Made by a program: the position numbers and the translations under genes. 64,000 bases of DNA, taken from the NCBI GenBank assembly GCA_965249725.1, contig OZ252251.1:32001-96000 (forward strand), given 5' to 3'. The notes beneath the pieces were generated by a model. That model did no database searches, had not been told where the DNA came from, and saw only the letters and a program-made list of their open reading frames with translations. This stretch comes from Longimicrobiales bacterium. GTDB taxonomy: Bacteria > Gemmatimonadota > Gemmatimonadetes > Longimicrobiales > Gaopeijiaceae. Of this stretch, positions 48,404-57,655 are shown in pieces; positions within the stretch are counted from its first letter, which is position 1; every line of letters begins with the position of its first letter.

Positions 48404-50163
48404 GCCTGCCGCCGCCCCATCCAGTCCCTGAGCTCATCCACCCGCATCGTGTTCAGAACGTCCTCCCTACGCAGCCAGGCTCGGCGCGCCTGATCGACCC
48501 CGTACGACATGTGATCGAGTCTTTGCACCGAGTGGGCGTCGGTGCTGATCACGACCCTTACCCCCAGCTCCTTGGCACGCCGCGCATGGACCTCATTGAG
48601 GTCGAGCCGGTTCGGATTCGCGTTGATCTCCACCGCGACGTCGAGCTCCGACGCCGCTTGCAAGACCGCCTCCACATCGAGTTCGAACGGCTCCCTCCGG
48701 CCGAGCAGTCGCCCGGTGGGGTGGCCTACGATGTCCACCGACGGATGCTGCATTGCACGGATGACGCGGTCCGTCATCGTCGTTCGATCCATGTCCATCA
48801 GGGAGTGCACGGAGACGATCACTACGTCCAACGCCTCGAGAACCTGGTCGGTCATATCGAGGCTCCCATCCCGCAGAATGTCTACTTCCAAGCTCTTGAA
48901 TATCGTAAATCCGTCCAACCCCCCCTGCACCAGATCGATCTCCTCCCACTGCTTCGGAGCCTTCTCGGGGGTCAGTCCCTGCACCATGGCCAGGGCCGGG
49001 CTGTGGTCGCTGATGGACATGTACTCATATCCCCTCGCTATACACGCCCGGGCCATTTCCTCGACCGAGGCCTTCCCATCGCTCCACGTGGAGTGCATGT
49101 GGAGATCGCCCCTGAGATCCTCCAGCGTGACCAACTCTGGAAGCGAGCCGCTGCGGGCTGCCTCGATCTCGCCGCGATTCTCGCGAACCACCGGCGCAAT
49201 CCAAGGGAGTCCGACGGCCTCGAACACGGACTCCTCGGTGTCACCGGCTATGCGCTCGCCGTCCTCCTTACCCACGTCCTCCGGGTCCACGCCCTCCGGG
49301 AGGCGGAAGACGCCCCATTCGTTGACGCGCAGGCCCTGCCTCAGCGCGAGCTGGCGGACTACGACGTTGTGTTCCATGGATCCGGTGAAGTAGTGGAGCG
49401 CCGCGCCGAACGAGCGAGGCGGGATGATCCGGAGATCCACCTCCAGCCCGGACCGCAGAACCACCGCCCCACGGGTCTCCCCCGCCAAGTCGACTCGCTC
49501 CACTGAGCCGAAGGTGGTGAACCGCTCCATGATGTCGGGAGCGGGGAGTTCGGCCTGGACGAGCAGATCCACATCGCCGATGGTCTCTCTCCGGCGCCGG
49601 TAGCTGCCCGTTACCTCGATACGCTGGACGCCCTTCGCTTCACCCATGTGAGCGAGGAGCGGCCCGATCAGGTCGTCCACCTGCGACAGCAGGAAACGCC
49701 CCGCATAGCGACGGTAGTCCTCGATGGCACGGAGGATCTTCTGGACGCTCGTGGCACCGAACCCCTCCAACTCCTGCACCTTGCCGGCGTTGAGCGCCTC
49801 CTCGAGCTCGTCGACGGTCTTCACGTCCAACGACTCCCAGAGCTTCTTCGCCTTCTTGGGTCCGACGCCGTCGAGCTTTACGAGGTCGACGAGGGTGCGG
49901 GGGATCTCTTCGGCCAGTTCCTCGAGCCGCGTGAGCTTGCCCGTCTCGATCAACTCGACGATGTGGGCGGACATGTCCTTGCCGATCGCCGGAAGCTCGG
50001 TGAGATCCTCCCCCTCCGCGACCATGGACTCGAGCGATCGCGTGAGTCCGCGGACGGTTCGAACCGCGTTCCGGTAGGCCCTGATACGGAACGGATTCGA
50101 GCCCCGGATTTCGAGCAGGTCCCCGAGTTCGTCGAGGATTTCAGCGATCTCGATGTTCTGCAC
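48400..50163 (-). CDS. polX: DNA polymerase X with PHP domain
   Basis: NPFRIRAYR, GSYRRRRETIGDVD, VDLR, YFTGS, DLHMHSTWSDG, TDAH. Confidence 0.93.
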   Translation of the reverse strand: MQNIEIAEILDELGDLLEIRGSNPFRIRAYRNAVRTVRGLTRSLESMVAEGEDLTELPAIGKDMSAHIVELIETGKLTRLEELAEEIPRTLVDLVKLDGVGPKKAKKLWESLDVKTVDELEEALNAGKVQELEGFGATSVQKILRAIEDYRRYAGRFLLSQVDDLIGPLLAHMGEAKGVQRIEVTGSYRRRRETIGDVDLLVQAELPAPDIMERFTTFGSVERVDLAGETRGAVVLRSGLEVDLRIIPPRSFGAALHYFTGSMEHNVVVRQLALRQGLRVNEWGVFRLPEGVDPEDVGKEDGERIAGDTEESVFEAVGLPWIAPVVRENRGEIEAARSGSLPELVTLEDLRGDLHMHSTWSDGKASVEEMARACIARGYEYMSISDHSPALAMVQGLTPEKAPKQWEEIDLVQGGLDGFTIFKSLEVDILRDGSLDMTDQVLEALDVVIVSVHSLMDMDRTTMTDRVIRAMQHPSVDIVGHPTGRLLGRREPFELDVEAVLQAASELDVAVEINANPNRLDLNEVHARRAKELGVRVVISTDAHSVQRLDHMSYGVDQARRAWLRREDVLNTMRVDELRDWMGRRQA

Positions 50164-50166
50164 GAC

Positions 50167-52221
50167 CTACAGGATCCCCTTGGCCTCGAGGAAGGACACG
50201 AACTCGGGCTCCGTCAGCACCTCGACGCCGAGATCCTTCGCCTTCTGAAGCTTCGATCCCGGATCGGCGCCCACCACGACCCGGGTGGTCTCCTTGCTCA
50301 CCGAAGCGACCACACGCCCTCCCTCGCCCTCGATGAGGCGTTTGGCCTCGGAACGGGCGAAGCCTTCCAGCCCGCCCGTGAAGACCCACTTCTCCCCTGC
50401 CAACGCGTCGCCCCCGATGTCATCGGGTGGGACGAGATCCATGCCGCGGTCCAGCACCGCCTGAATCCTCGTCTCGTTGCGCGGGTCGTCCAGGAATCCA
50501 CGAATCTGCTCCGACATGATGGGACCGATTCCCTCGACGGCCTCCAGCTCCTCGGCGGTCGCCGCCCGGACCGCGTCAAAGCTACGGAAACTGCGAGCGA
50601 GCTCCTTGGCCACCGTAGCACCCACTTCCGGAACCCCCAGTCCGTAGAGGAATCGATGGAGTTCCACCGACTTCTTGACTCGGATGGCCGCGGCCAGATT
50701 GGCTGCCGACTTTTCGGCGAACCCGTCCAGTTCCTCGAGGTCCGCGGCGGTGAGATCGAAGAGGTTCGCCAATTCCTTCACCAAGCCACGATCCACGAGA
50801 AGGTTGGCGGTCTCCTCACCGAGCCCCTCGATGTCGAGTCCGCCGCGGGAGCCGAAGTGCATGATCCCCCGCTTCAGCTGGGCCGGACAACCGAACCGAT
50901 TCGGACACATCGTGAAGGGTCCGTTCTCCGTGACGGGAGTCTCGCACGCAGGGCAGTGGTCCGGCATCTCGAACGCCGCCCCCCGCTCCCTCCCGTCGTC
51001 CTCCACCCGCTCGACGACCTGCGGAATGACGTCCCCAGCCCTTTGGATCCTCACCAGATCGCCCTGACGCACATCCTTGCGGGCCACCTCCTCGCGATTG
51101 TGGAGCGACGCGCGTGACACGGTCACGCCGCCCACCTCGACCGGCCTGAGCAGCGCCACCGGCGTGAGCTTGCCCGTCCTTCCCACCGAGACGGCGATCC
51201 TCTCGATGCGGGTGATCTCCTTTCGCGGCTCGAACTTGTACGCGAGGGCCCAACGCGGATGATGCGATGTGGCGCCCAGGTCTTCGCGGGCGTCCATGTC
51301 GTTCAGCTTGATCACCACCCCGTCGATCTCGTAGTCGAGATCGTCACGGTCCGCCGCGAAGCTCTCGTGATACGAGACGATCTCTTCCACCGTGGTCACT
51401 CTGACGACGCGCTCCGGCGTCTTGAACCCCCAGTCGCGAAGGGCCTGCACCCCCTCCTCGTCGGTGCCCATCTTGGCGCCCCGAAGGAGGAGGATGTCGT
51501 ACGCCAGAATGTCGAGGGGACGGGAAGCCGTAACGCGCGAATCGAGTTGGCGGAGTGATCCCGACGCGGAGTTCCGCGGGTTCACATAGGGTTCGGACCC
51601 CTGCTCGACCATGCGCTCGTTGAGGGCCTCGAAGGCCGAGAGGTACATGATCACCTCGCCCCGGATGGCCAACAGTTCGGGTGCCCCACGCACGTGCTCG
51701 AGAAGACGAAGCGGCAGGCTGGAGATGGTCCTCACGTTCTCGGTGACGACCTCGCCCGTCAGGCCGTTCCCGCGGGTAACCGCCCGAACGAACAGGCCGT
51801 TCTCGTAGACCAGCTCGATCGAGGCCCCATCCAGCTTGGGCTCCAGCAGATACTCGGGCTCACGCTCCAACCCCTTCCGTGCGCGCTCGTCGAAGCGAGC
51901 CAGCTCTGAGCTGTCCTGGGTCGAGTCCAGTGAGAGCATGGGGGCGGTATGCTCCGAGGTCGGAAGGACACTCTTGGGCTCACTACCCACGCGCCGGGAC
52001 GGGGAATCCGACGTGACGAGGTGAGGGTGAGCGGCCTCCAGAGCGAGCAGCTCGGCGTACAGCCTATCGAACTCCGCGTCGTCGATCTCCGGGCGAGACT
52101 CGACGTAATAGAGGTGGGAATGCCGTCGAAGCTCGTCCCTCAGAGCTTCGGCACGGCGCTCGAGATCCTCGCCCTGCTCCGAGGTCGATCCCGTGGGGGT
52201 ATCCGGCGTGCCTTGGGTCAA
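50167..52221 (-). CDS. ligA: NAD-dependent DNA ligase
   Basis: PMLSLD, EPKLDG, TRGNG, NPRN, DGVVIK, RAGDVIP, Cys4 Zn finger, BRCT. Probable TTG start at 52221 after GGAG. Confidence 0.93.
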   Translation of the reverse strand: MTQGTPDTPTGSTSEQGEDLERRAEALRDELRRHSHLYYVESRPEIDDAEFDRLYAELLALEAAHPHLVTSDSPSRRVGSEPKSVLPTSEHTAPMLSLDSTQDSSELARFDERARKGLEREPEYLLEPKLDGASIELVYENGLFVRAVTRGNGLTGEVVTENVRTISSLPLRLLEHVRGAPELLAIRGEVIMYLSAFEALNERMVEQGSEPYVNPRNSASGSLRQLDSRVTASRPLDILAYDILLLRGAKMGTDEEGVQALRDWGFKTPERVVRVTTVEEIVSYHESFAADRDDLDYEIDGVVIKLNDMDAREDLGATSHHPRWALAYKFEPRKEITRIERIAVSVGRTGKLTPVALLRPVEVGGVTVSRASLHNREEVARKDVRQGDLVRIQRAGDVIPQVVERVEDDGRERGAAFEMPDHCPACETPVTENGPFTMCPNRFGCPAQLKRGIMHFGSRGGLDIEGLGEETANLLVDRGLVKELANLFDLTAADLEELDGFAEKSAANLAAAIRVKKSVELHRFLYGLGVPEVGATVAKELARSFRSFDAVRAATAEELEAVEGIGPIMSEQIRGFLDDPRNETRIQAVLDRGMDLVPPDDIGGDALAGEKWVFTGGLEGFARSEAKRLIEGEGGRVVASVSKETTRVVVGADPGSKLQKAKDLGVEVLTEPEFVSFLEAKGIL

Positions 52222-52450
52222 CGAGACTCCAACTTCTGGTGAATATGCGGCCCAATAACGTGGCGAATCCGGAAGGGTGAGGACAGTCCTCATCGGGTGT
52301 GTCGCGCAGGGTATCGCCCGGCCTATCCAGCGGGCTCCGTGGCGTTGCGTGGCTCGTGTACCGGGGGGTATATCACAGGACCTGCCCAGCAACGCTTCGG
52401 GCATCCGGATCGATCACACCGCCGAGAGTTCTCATACGGCTGGAGGAACC

Positions 52451-54091
52451 ATGCGAATCACCCACCGAGTCTTACACACGCTGCTGCGGGCAGGGCTCTG
52501 CGTCCTCGCCATCTTGGCCTTGGCCACCCAGGCCATGGCCCAGCGGCCGACGACCACTGCACGCGGTGCCGACGAGGGAGACGGACCATACAGCCGGCTC
52601 ATTCTGAGGGGTGCCACGATCATCGACGGAACCGGAGCGCCCCCGCAGGGCCCGGTGGACATCGTCATCGGAGGCGACCGCATCGCCGAGGTCCGCTCCG
52701 TCGGCTTCCCCGGCGTGCCGATCGACGAGCGGCGGCGGCCCGAAGATCCGGAGCGAGAGATCGACCTCACCGGCCATTACGTCATGCCTGGCTTCATCGA
52801 CATGCACGCCCATACCGGCGGGGAGCCCAAGGCCCCTCAGCCGGAGTACGTCTACAAGCTGTGGCTGGCGCACGGTGTGACCACGTCCAGAGGCGTAGGC
52901 CACGGGCCGATGATGTGGGCCCTCGAAGAGAAGGCGAAAGCCGCCCGTAACGAAATCGTGGCGCCTCGGATGTACACGTATGCTCGTCCGGGTGAAGCGT
53001 GGGACGAAGGCAGCATCGACTCGCCCGAGAAGGCCCGCGAGTGGGTACGCTGGGCCGTGGAGCAGGAGGTCGACGGGCAGAAGATCGACGGTCTCAAGTT
53101 GGGTTCGTACGACCCGCCGATCATGGAGGCCTTGATCGACGAGGCCCACAAGTTCGGACTCGGTACCGTCGCCCACCTGGGGCAGATGGGCATCGCCAGG
53201 ATGACGGCGCTGGACGCCGCCGAGGCCGGCCTCGACATGATGACCCACTACTACGGGCTCTTCGAGTCGCTGTTGAAGGACATGAGCATTCAGGACTGGC
53301 CTCTGGACTACAACTACAACGACGAGCAGCACCGCTTCGGCAACGTGGCTCGGCTCTGGGACCAGATCTACGAGCCCGGATCCGACGAGTGGTATGCCCT
53401 CATGGATCGGTTCCTCGAGTTGGACTTCGGACTCGACCCCACCATGACGATCTACGAGGCCGGCCGTGACGTGATGCGTGCCCGCAACGCGGACTGGCAC
53501 GACGAGTACACGCTGCCAAGCCAAGAGGAGTTCTATCAGCCCAGTCGCCAAGCCCACGGGTCGTATTGGTTCTACTGGACCAGCGAAGACGAGGTCGCTT
53601 GGAAGAACTTCTATATCCGGTGGATGCGGTTCCTGAACGAGTACAAGAACCGAGGCGGAATCGTGACCACCGGCTCTGACTCGGGTTTCATCTACAAGCT
53701 GTATGGGTTCGACTACATCCGTGAATTGGAGCTGCTGCGTGAGGCCGGATTCCACCCTATCGAGGTGATCCGATCCGCTACCATGTACGGAGCCATGCAG
53801 CTCAACAAACCCAAGGGGCTCGAGCCGGACTTCGGAATGATCAGGAAAGGCCTCAAGGCCGACTTCGTCGTGGTGGATGAGAATCCTCTCCAGAACCTCA
53901 AGGTGCTCTACGGTACGGGCGCCGTGAAGCTCAACGACGACACCGGCGAGGTGGAGCGTGTGGGCGGTATCAAGTACACCATCAAGGACGGCATCGTGTA
54001 CGACGCCAAGCAACTACTGGAGGACGTACGGGAGATGGTGCGGAAGGCCAAGGAGGAGGAGCGCGTCACGACGGACGGGGCAGGAAACTGA
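52451..54091 (+). CDS. Exported amidohydrolase-family protein
   Basis: Signal peptide; MPGFIDMHAH, TGSDSG, ADFVVVDENPL. Confidence 0.85.
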   Translation: MRITHRVLHTLLRAGLCVLAILALATQAMAQRPTTTARGADEGDGPYSRLILRGATIIDGTGAPPQGPVDIVIGGDRIAEVRSVGFPGVPIDERRRPEDPEREIDLTGHYVMPGFIDMHAHTGGEPKAPQPEYVYKLWLAHGVTTSRGVGHGPMMWALEEKAKAARNEIVAPRMYTYARPGEAWDEGSIDSPEKAREWVRWAVEQEVDGQKIDGLKLGSYDPPIMEALIDEAHKFGLGTVAHLGQMGIARMTALDAAEAGLDMMTHYYGLFESLLKDMSIQDWPLDYNYNDEQHRFGNVARLWDQIYEPGSDEWYALMDRFLELDFGLDPTMTIYEAGRDVMRARNADWHDEYTLPSQEEFYQPSRQAHGSYWFYWTSEDEVAWKNFYIRWMRFLNEYKNRGGIVTTGSDSGFIYKLYGFDYIRELELLREAGFHPIEVIRSATMYGAMQLNKPKGLEPDFGMIRKGLKADFVVVDENPLQNLKVLYGTGAVKLNDDTGEVERVGGIKYTIKDGIVYDAKQLLEDVREMVRKAKEEERVTTDGAGN

Positions 54092-54107
54092 GCTGAGGCG
54101 GCCTCGC

Positions 54108-55295
54108 ATGCCTCCATTGGATGTCGAGAAGCTGAGAGCCGAGACACCGGGAACGGGGCACCGGATCCACCTGAACAACGCCGGCGCCGGGCTCATGCCG
54201 GACCCTGTGCTCCGAACGATGACGGAGTATCTGGAGCTCGAAGCTCAGATCGGCGGCTATGAGGCCGCAGACGCCAGGAAGGCGGAAATCGCTCAGGTGT
54301 ATGACGTGCTCGGCTCACTCATCGGAGCCGCTCCCGACAACATCGCCGTGACCGAGAACGCCACGGCCTCGTTCATCCAGGCCCTGTCCTCGGTGCCGTT
54401 CGCGGCGGGGGATGTGATCGTGACGACGCGGAACGATTACATCTCCAACCAGATCATGTACCTGTCGCTCGAATCCCGCATGGGTATCGAACTGGTACGG
54501 GCGCCCGAGGATCCGTCGGGCGGGGTCGACGTGTTGGCCATGGAGGAGCTGATCCACCGGCGGCGGCCCAAGCTCGTGGCCGTCACCCACATTCCCACGA
54601 ACTCCGGGCTGGTACAGCGGGTCGCCGATGTGGGCCACATGTGCCGGCAGAGGGACATTCTCTACCTGGTCGACGCGTGCCAGTCCGTCGGTCAGATGCC
54701 CCTAGACGTTGAACAGGTCGGATGCGACTTCCTTTCGGCGACTGCACGGAAGTTCCTGCGTGGTCCTCGTGGCGTGGGGTTCCTCTACGTATCCGACCGG
54801 GCGTTGGACCTGGGACTCGAGCCGCTATTTCCGGACATGCGCGGTGCGGACTGGATCGAGGCCGACCTGTACCAGCCGGCACCCGGAGCCCAACGCTTCG
54901 AGAACTGGGAGTTCCCCTACGCGCTCGTCTTGGGAATGGGCCGGGCCGCCGAGTACGCGCTCGATCTGGGAATCGAGGCGATTCAGGATCGCGCCTGGGC
55001 CCTGGCGGCCATGACCCGAGACCGCTTGTCCGAGATCGATACGTTGCGTGTTCTCGATCGGGGTGAGGAGCGCTGTGCGATCGTCACCGTGACCTCAGAG
55101 ACGCGAGAGGCGTCCGAGCTGGTATCGGAGCTGACCGAGGCGGGGATCAACACGAACGTGACCGTCAGGGACTACGCCGTGTTGGATTTCGACGACAAGG
55201 GCGTCGAGTCCGCCATCCGCATCTCACCCCACTACTACAACTCCGAGGAGGAGATCGAGAAGCTGACGACCACCCTCGCCGGGCTCGTGGAGTGA
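54108..55295 (+). CDS. Class V PLP-dependent enzyme
   Basis: HLNNAGA, DACQSVG, SATARKFLRGPRGVG, RISPHYYN. Confidence 0.88.
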   Translation: MPPLDVEKLRAETPGTGHRIHLNNAGAGLMPDPVLRTMTEYLELEAQIGGYEAADARKAEIAQVYDVLGSLIGAAPDNIAVTENATASFIQALSSVPFAAGDVIVTTRNDYISNQIMYLSLESRMGIELVRAPEDPSGGVDVLAMEELIHRRRPKLVAVTHIPTNSGLVQRVADVGHMCRQRDILYLVDACQSVGQMPLDVEQVGCDFLSATARKFLRGPRGVGFLYVSDRALDLGLEPLFPDMRGADWIEADLYQPAPGAQRFENWEFPYALVLGMGRAAEYALDLGIEAIQDRAWALAAMTRDRLSEIDTLRVLDRGEERCAIVTVTSETREASELVSELTEAGINTNVTVRDYAVLDFDDKGVESAIRISPHYYNSEEEIEKLTTTLAGLVE

Positions 55296-55390
55296 TGTCC
55301 TCCGATCCTCTGAGTGCTTGCCCCTGCCCCACCACAGTGAAGAGATTTCGGGCCACCACCGTAGTCAGGGTTCAGGGAGCGAGGTAAGCG

Positions 55391-55957
55391 TTGCAACCGG
55401 AGGTCGAAAGAGAATTGGTCCGGACGTGCAAATCAGGTGGTGTCCGATTCTATGAACCGCTCGTACGAGCGTATGAAGGCCCCGGATTTCGCCTCGCCGT
55501 CGGCATGCTCGGCAGCCCCGACGACGCCCGCGACGCGCTCCAGGACGCCTTCATCAAGGCGTGGCAGTCGCTGCACCGATTCGACAGCGATCGCCCGTTC
55601 GGGCCTTGGTTCTTTCAGATTCTGCGTAACCAGTGTCGGGACGTGATCCGCAGTAGACAGTCCCGTGGACGCCTCGAAACGAGGGACGAGAAGCTCGAGT
55701 TACGGCCTGCCGGGACGAAGACGAACCCAGAGCGACTGAGACAACGAAGTGAGGCCCAGGAGACCCTCTGGGCGGCTCTGAGGGAAATCGGTGACGAGCA
55801 TCGGGAGATCATCGTGCTCAAGGAGCTCGAGGGCTTTCGATATGCCGAGATCGCCAGCATTCTGGACATCCCGGAAGGCACTGTGGCCAGTCGACTGTAT
55901 CACGCGCGCAACGCGCTGCGAGCGGCATTGCTGGAGATGAACGCTGAATATCCGTAG
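55391..55957 (+). CDS. ECF RNA polymerase sigma factor
   Basis: DALQDAFIKA, FGPWFFQILRN, YAEIASILDIPEGTVASRLYHAR. Confidence 0.9.
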   Translation: MQPEVERELVRTCKSGGVRFYEPLVRAYEGPGFRLAVGMLGSPDDARDALQDAFIKAWQSLHRFDSDRPFGPWFFQILRNQCRDVIRSRQSRGRLETRDEKLELRPAGTKTNPERLRQRSEAQETLWAALREIGDEHREIIVLKELEGFRYAEIASILDIPEGTVASRLYHARNALRAALLEMNAEYP

Positions 55958-55969
55958 GAGGATCACGCC

Positions 55970-56389
55970 GTGACGGGCATCAGTCACGAGACACTCATGC
56001 GCTACCTCGACGGAGAGGTCGCTCCCGATGAGCGCACCCGGATCAGGGCGGCCGTGGCCGCCTCCACCGAGCTGCAGCGCGACGTTGCGGTCTTCGGTGC
56101 CATGAAGAGGGATCTCCAGGGGATGGCGTTCTCGATCAGTCGAGACGATTCGGTGTGGGGCGTGGTCCACCGCCGACTCACCCGACCCATCGGTTGGCTG
56201 CTCGTGCTGGCCGGATTCACGGTTTGGGCCGCCTACGGCTCCTACCTCTACCTGATGTCTGCCATCGATCCCAGGGAAAAGCTGGCCACCTTCGCGATCG
56301 GAGTGGGAATTCTGCTCCTCTTCAGTAGCGTCATCTATGAGCGGTACAAGGAGTGGCTCACCGATCCGTACCGGGACGTGGTTCGATGA
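55970..56389 (+). CDS. Membrane-anchored anti-sigma factor
   Basis: LMRYLDGEV N-terminus and two TM helices; follows an ECF sigma. Confidence 0.75.
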   Translation: MTGISHETLMRYLDGEVAPDERTRIRAAVAASTELQRDVAVFGAMKRDLQGMAFSISRDDSVWGVVHRRLTRPIGWLLVLAGFTVWAAYGSYLYLMSAIDPREKLATFAIGVGILLLFSSVIYERYKEWLTDPYRDVVR

Positions 56390-56709
56390 TCATCGTCACC
56401 ACGCCGGATATTCCCGGCATGAACGTAGTGCGCACCCTCGGGCTGGTGCGTGGAAACACCATTCGGGCTCGTCACATCGGCAAAGACGTCATGGCGATCC
56501 TGAGGAATGTCGCAGGCGGCGAGATCCACGAATACACCAAGATGCTGGCGGAGGCACGAGAGCAGGCTATCGACCGGTTGGTCGAGGAGGCCGAGACCCT
56601 GGGTGGCAATGCTGTCCTGGGCCTGCGTTTCCAGACGTCCATGATCCAGAAGGGCACGGCCGAGATGCTCTGCTACGGAACCGCGGTAGTCGTCGAACCC
56701 GAGGACTGA
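56386..56709 (+). CDS. YbjQ/UPF0145 family protein
   Basis: LGLVRGNTIRARHIGKD, GGEIHEYT, YGTAV. Confidence 0.9.
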   Translation: MIIVTTPDIPGMNVVRTLGLVRGNTIRARHIGKDVMAILRNVAGGEIHEYTKMLAEAREQAIDRLVEEAETLGGNAVLGLRFQTSMIQKGTAEMLCYGTAVVVEPED

Positions 56710-56831
56710 CAGGCTCTTTTCGGCCCTGCCAGGGCGGGTCCGGACCGGATTTTGCTTGACCGTCGGCCGCAGACCCTCATTATGCGATATCCTCCGCCCC
56801 CCTAGTCGGCCCTCGATATCGCAGCAGGCCC

Positions 56832-57632
56832 GTGTTGAGAATTGCGATACTCCAGCCCGATCCTCGCGCGGCGGCTCGGTTAGCCGACGCCTTGAGATCT
56901 ATGTACGAGCTCCGGTCCTATCGGAGCTGGGCCAAGCTGTACAGCGACGCCCCGAAAGCCCCCTGGGCGTGCTGCGTGGTCGACATCTATCCTCCGGAGG
57001 GCCCCATCTCGCCCACCCAGCTGGGAAGACTGAAGCGGCAGCGTCCCGACCTTGCCATCGTCGTATACTCCGACTTCGCGGACCGCGAACCGGACTTGTT
57101 CGAGATCGGGCAGCAACAGATCAACGCCGTGATTCTGGCCGGGCTGGAGGACTCCCCTGCTGCCATTCAGACCACGATCAGCCGCTCCCTGACTTCGGCC
57201 GCCGCCGGAGTCGTAGAGAGCGCTCTCGAAGGCCGCCTCGCCGCCCTGGGGATCGCGGTCGTCCGCTGGTCCATGGAGCACTCCTTGGAACGCCCGAGCG
57301 TGGACGACCTGGCCGAGGGAATGGGTATGTCTCGAGGCCAACTCACGAGGGAGCTCAGTCGCAGCGGTCTCCCGCCGCCCCGGGCTCTCCTCCTGTGGGG
57401 ACGCCTGTTCCAGGCCGCTCGTCTACTGCAGGGTGGGACCGCAACGGTCGAGGGGGTGGCACACGCTCTGGGGTATTCCACGAGTTCGGGACTGCATCGG
57501 GCGTTCCATCAGTACGTTGGATGGCCGCCGGGAGCCACCTCCACGCGGGGCGGAGTGGACGGCGTTCTCGAGTCGTTCATGGAGTCGCAGGCCGAGGTAG
57601 CCCGCCAGTCGGCGGCCACCGGGAGTGGGTGA
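56832..57632 (+). CDS. AraC-type HTH regulator with a receiver-like N-domain
   Basis: SVDDLAEGMGMSR, TVEGVAHALGYSTSSGLHRAFHQYVG. Confidence 0.78.
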   Translation: MLRIAILQPDPRAAARLADALRSMYELRSYRSWAKLYSDAPKAPWACCVVDIYPPEGPISPTQLGRLKRQRPDLAIVVYSDFADREPDLFEIGQQQINAVILAGLEDSPAAIQTTISRSLTSAAAGVVESALEGRLAALGIAVVRWSMEHSLERPSVDDLAEGMGMSRGQLTRELSRSGLPPPRALLLWGRLFQAARLLQGGTATVEGVAHALGYSTSSGLHRAFHQYVGWPPGATSTRGGVDGVLESFMESQAEVARQSAATGSG

Positions 57633-57655
57633 GTTACCCGTTGGGCGCTGCCCGT

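Noticed and set aside
54108..55295. SufS cysteine desulfurase
   Set aside because: It lacks the RxGHHCA catalytic Cys motif, has ARK instead of SxHK, and lies outside the suf operon.
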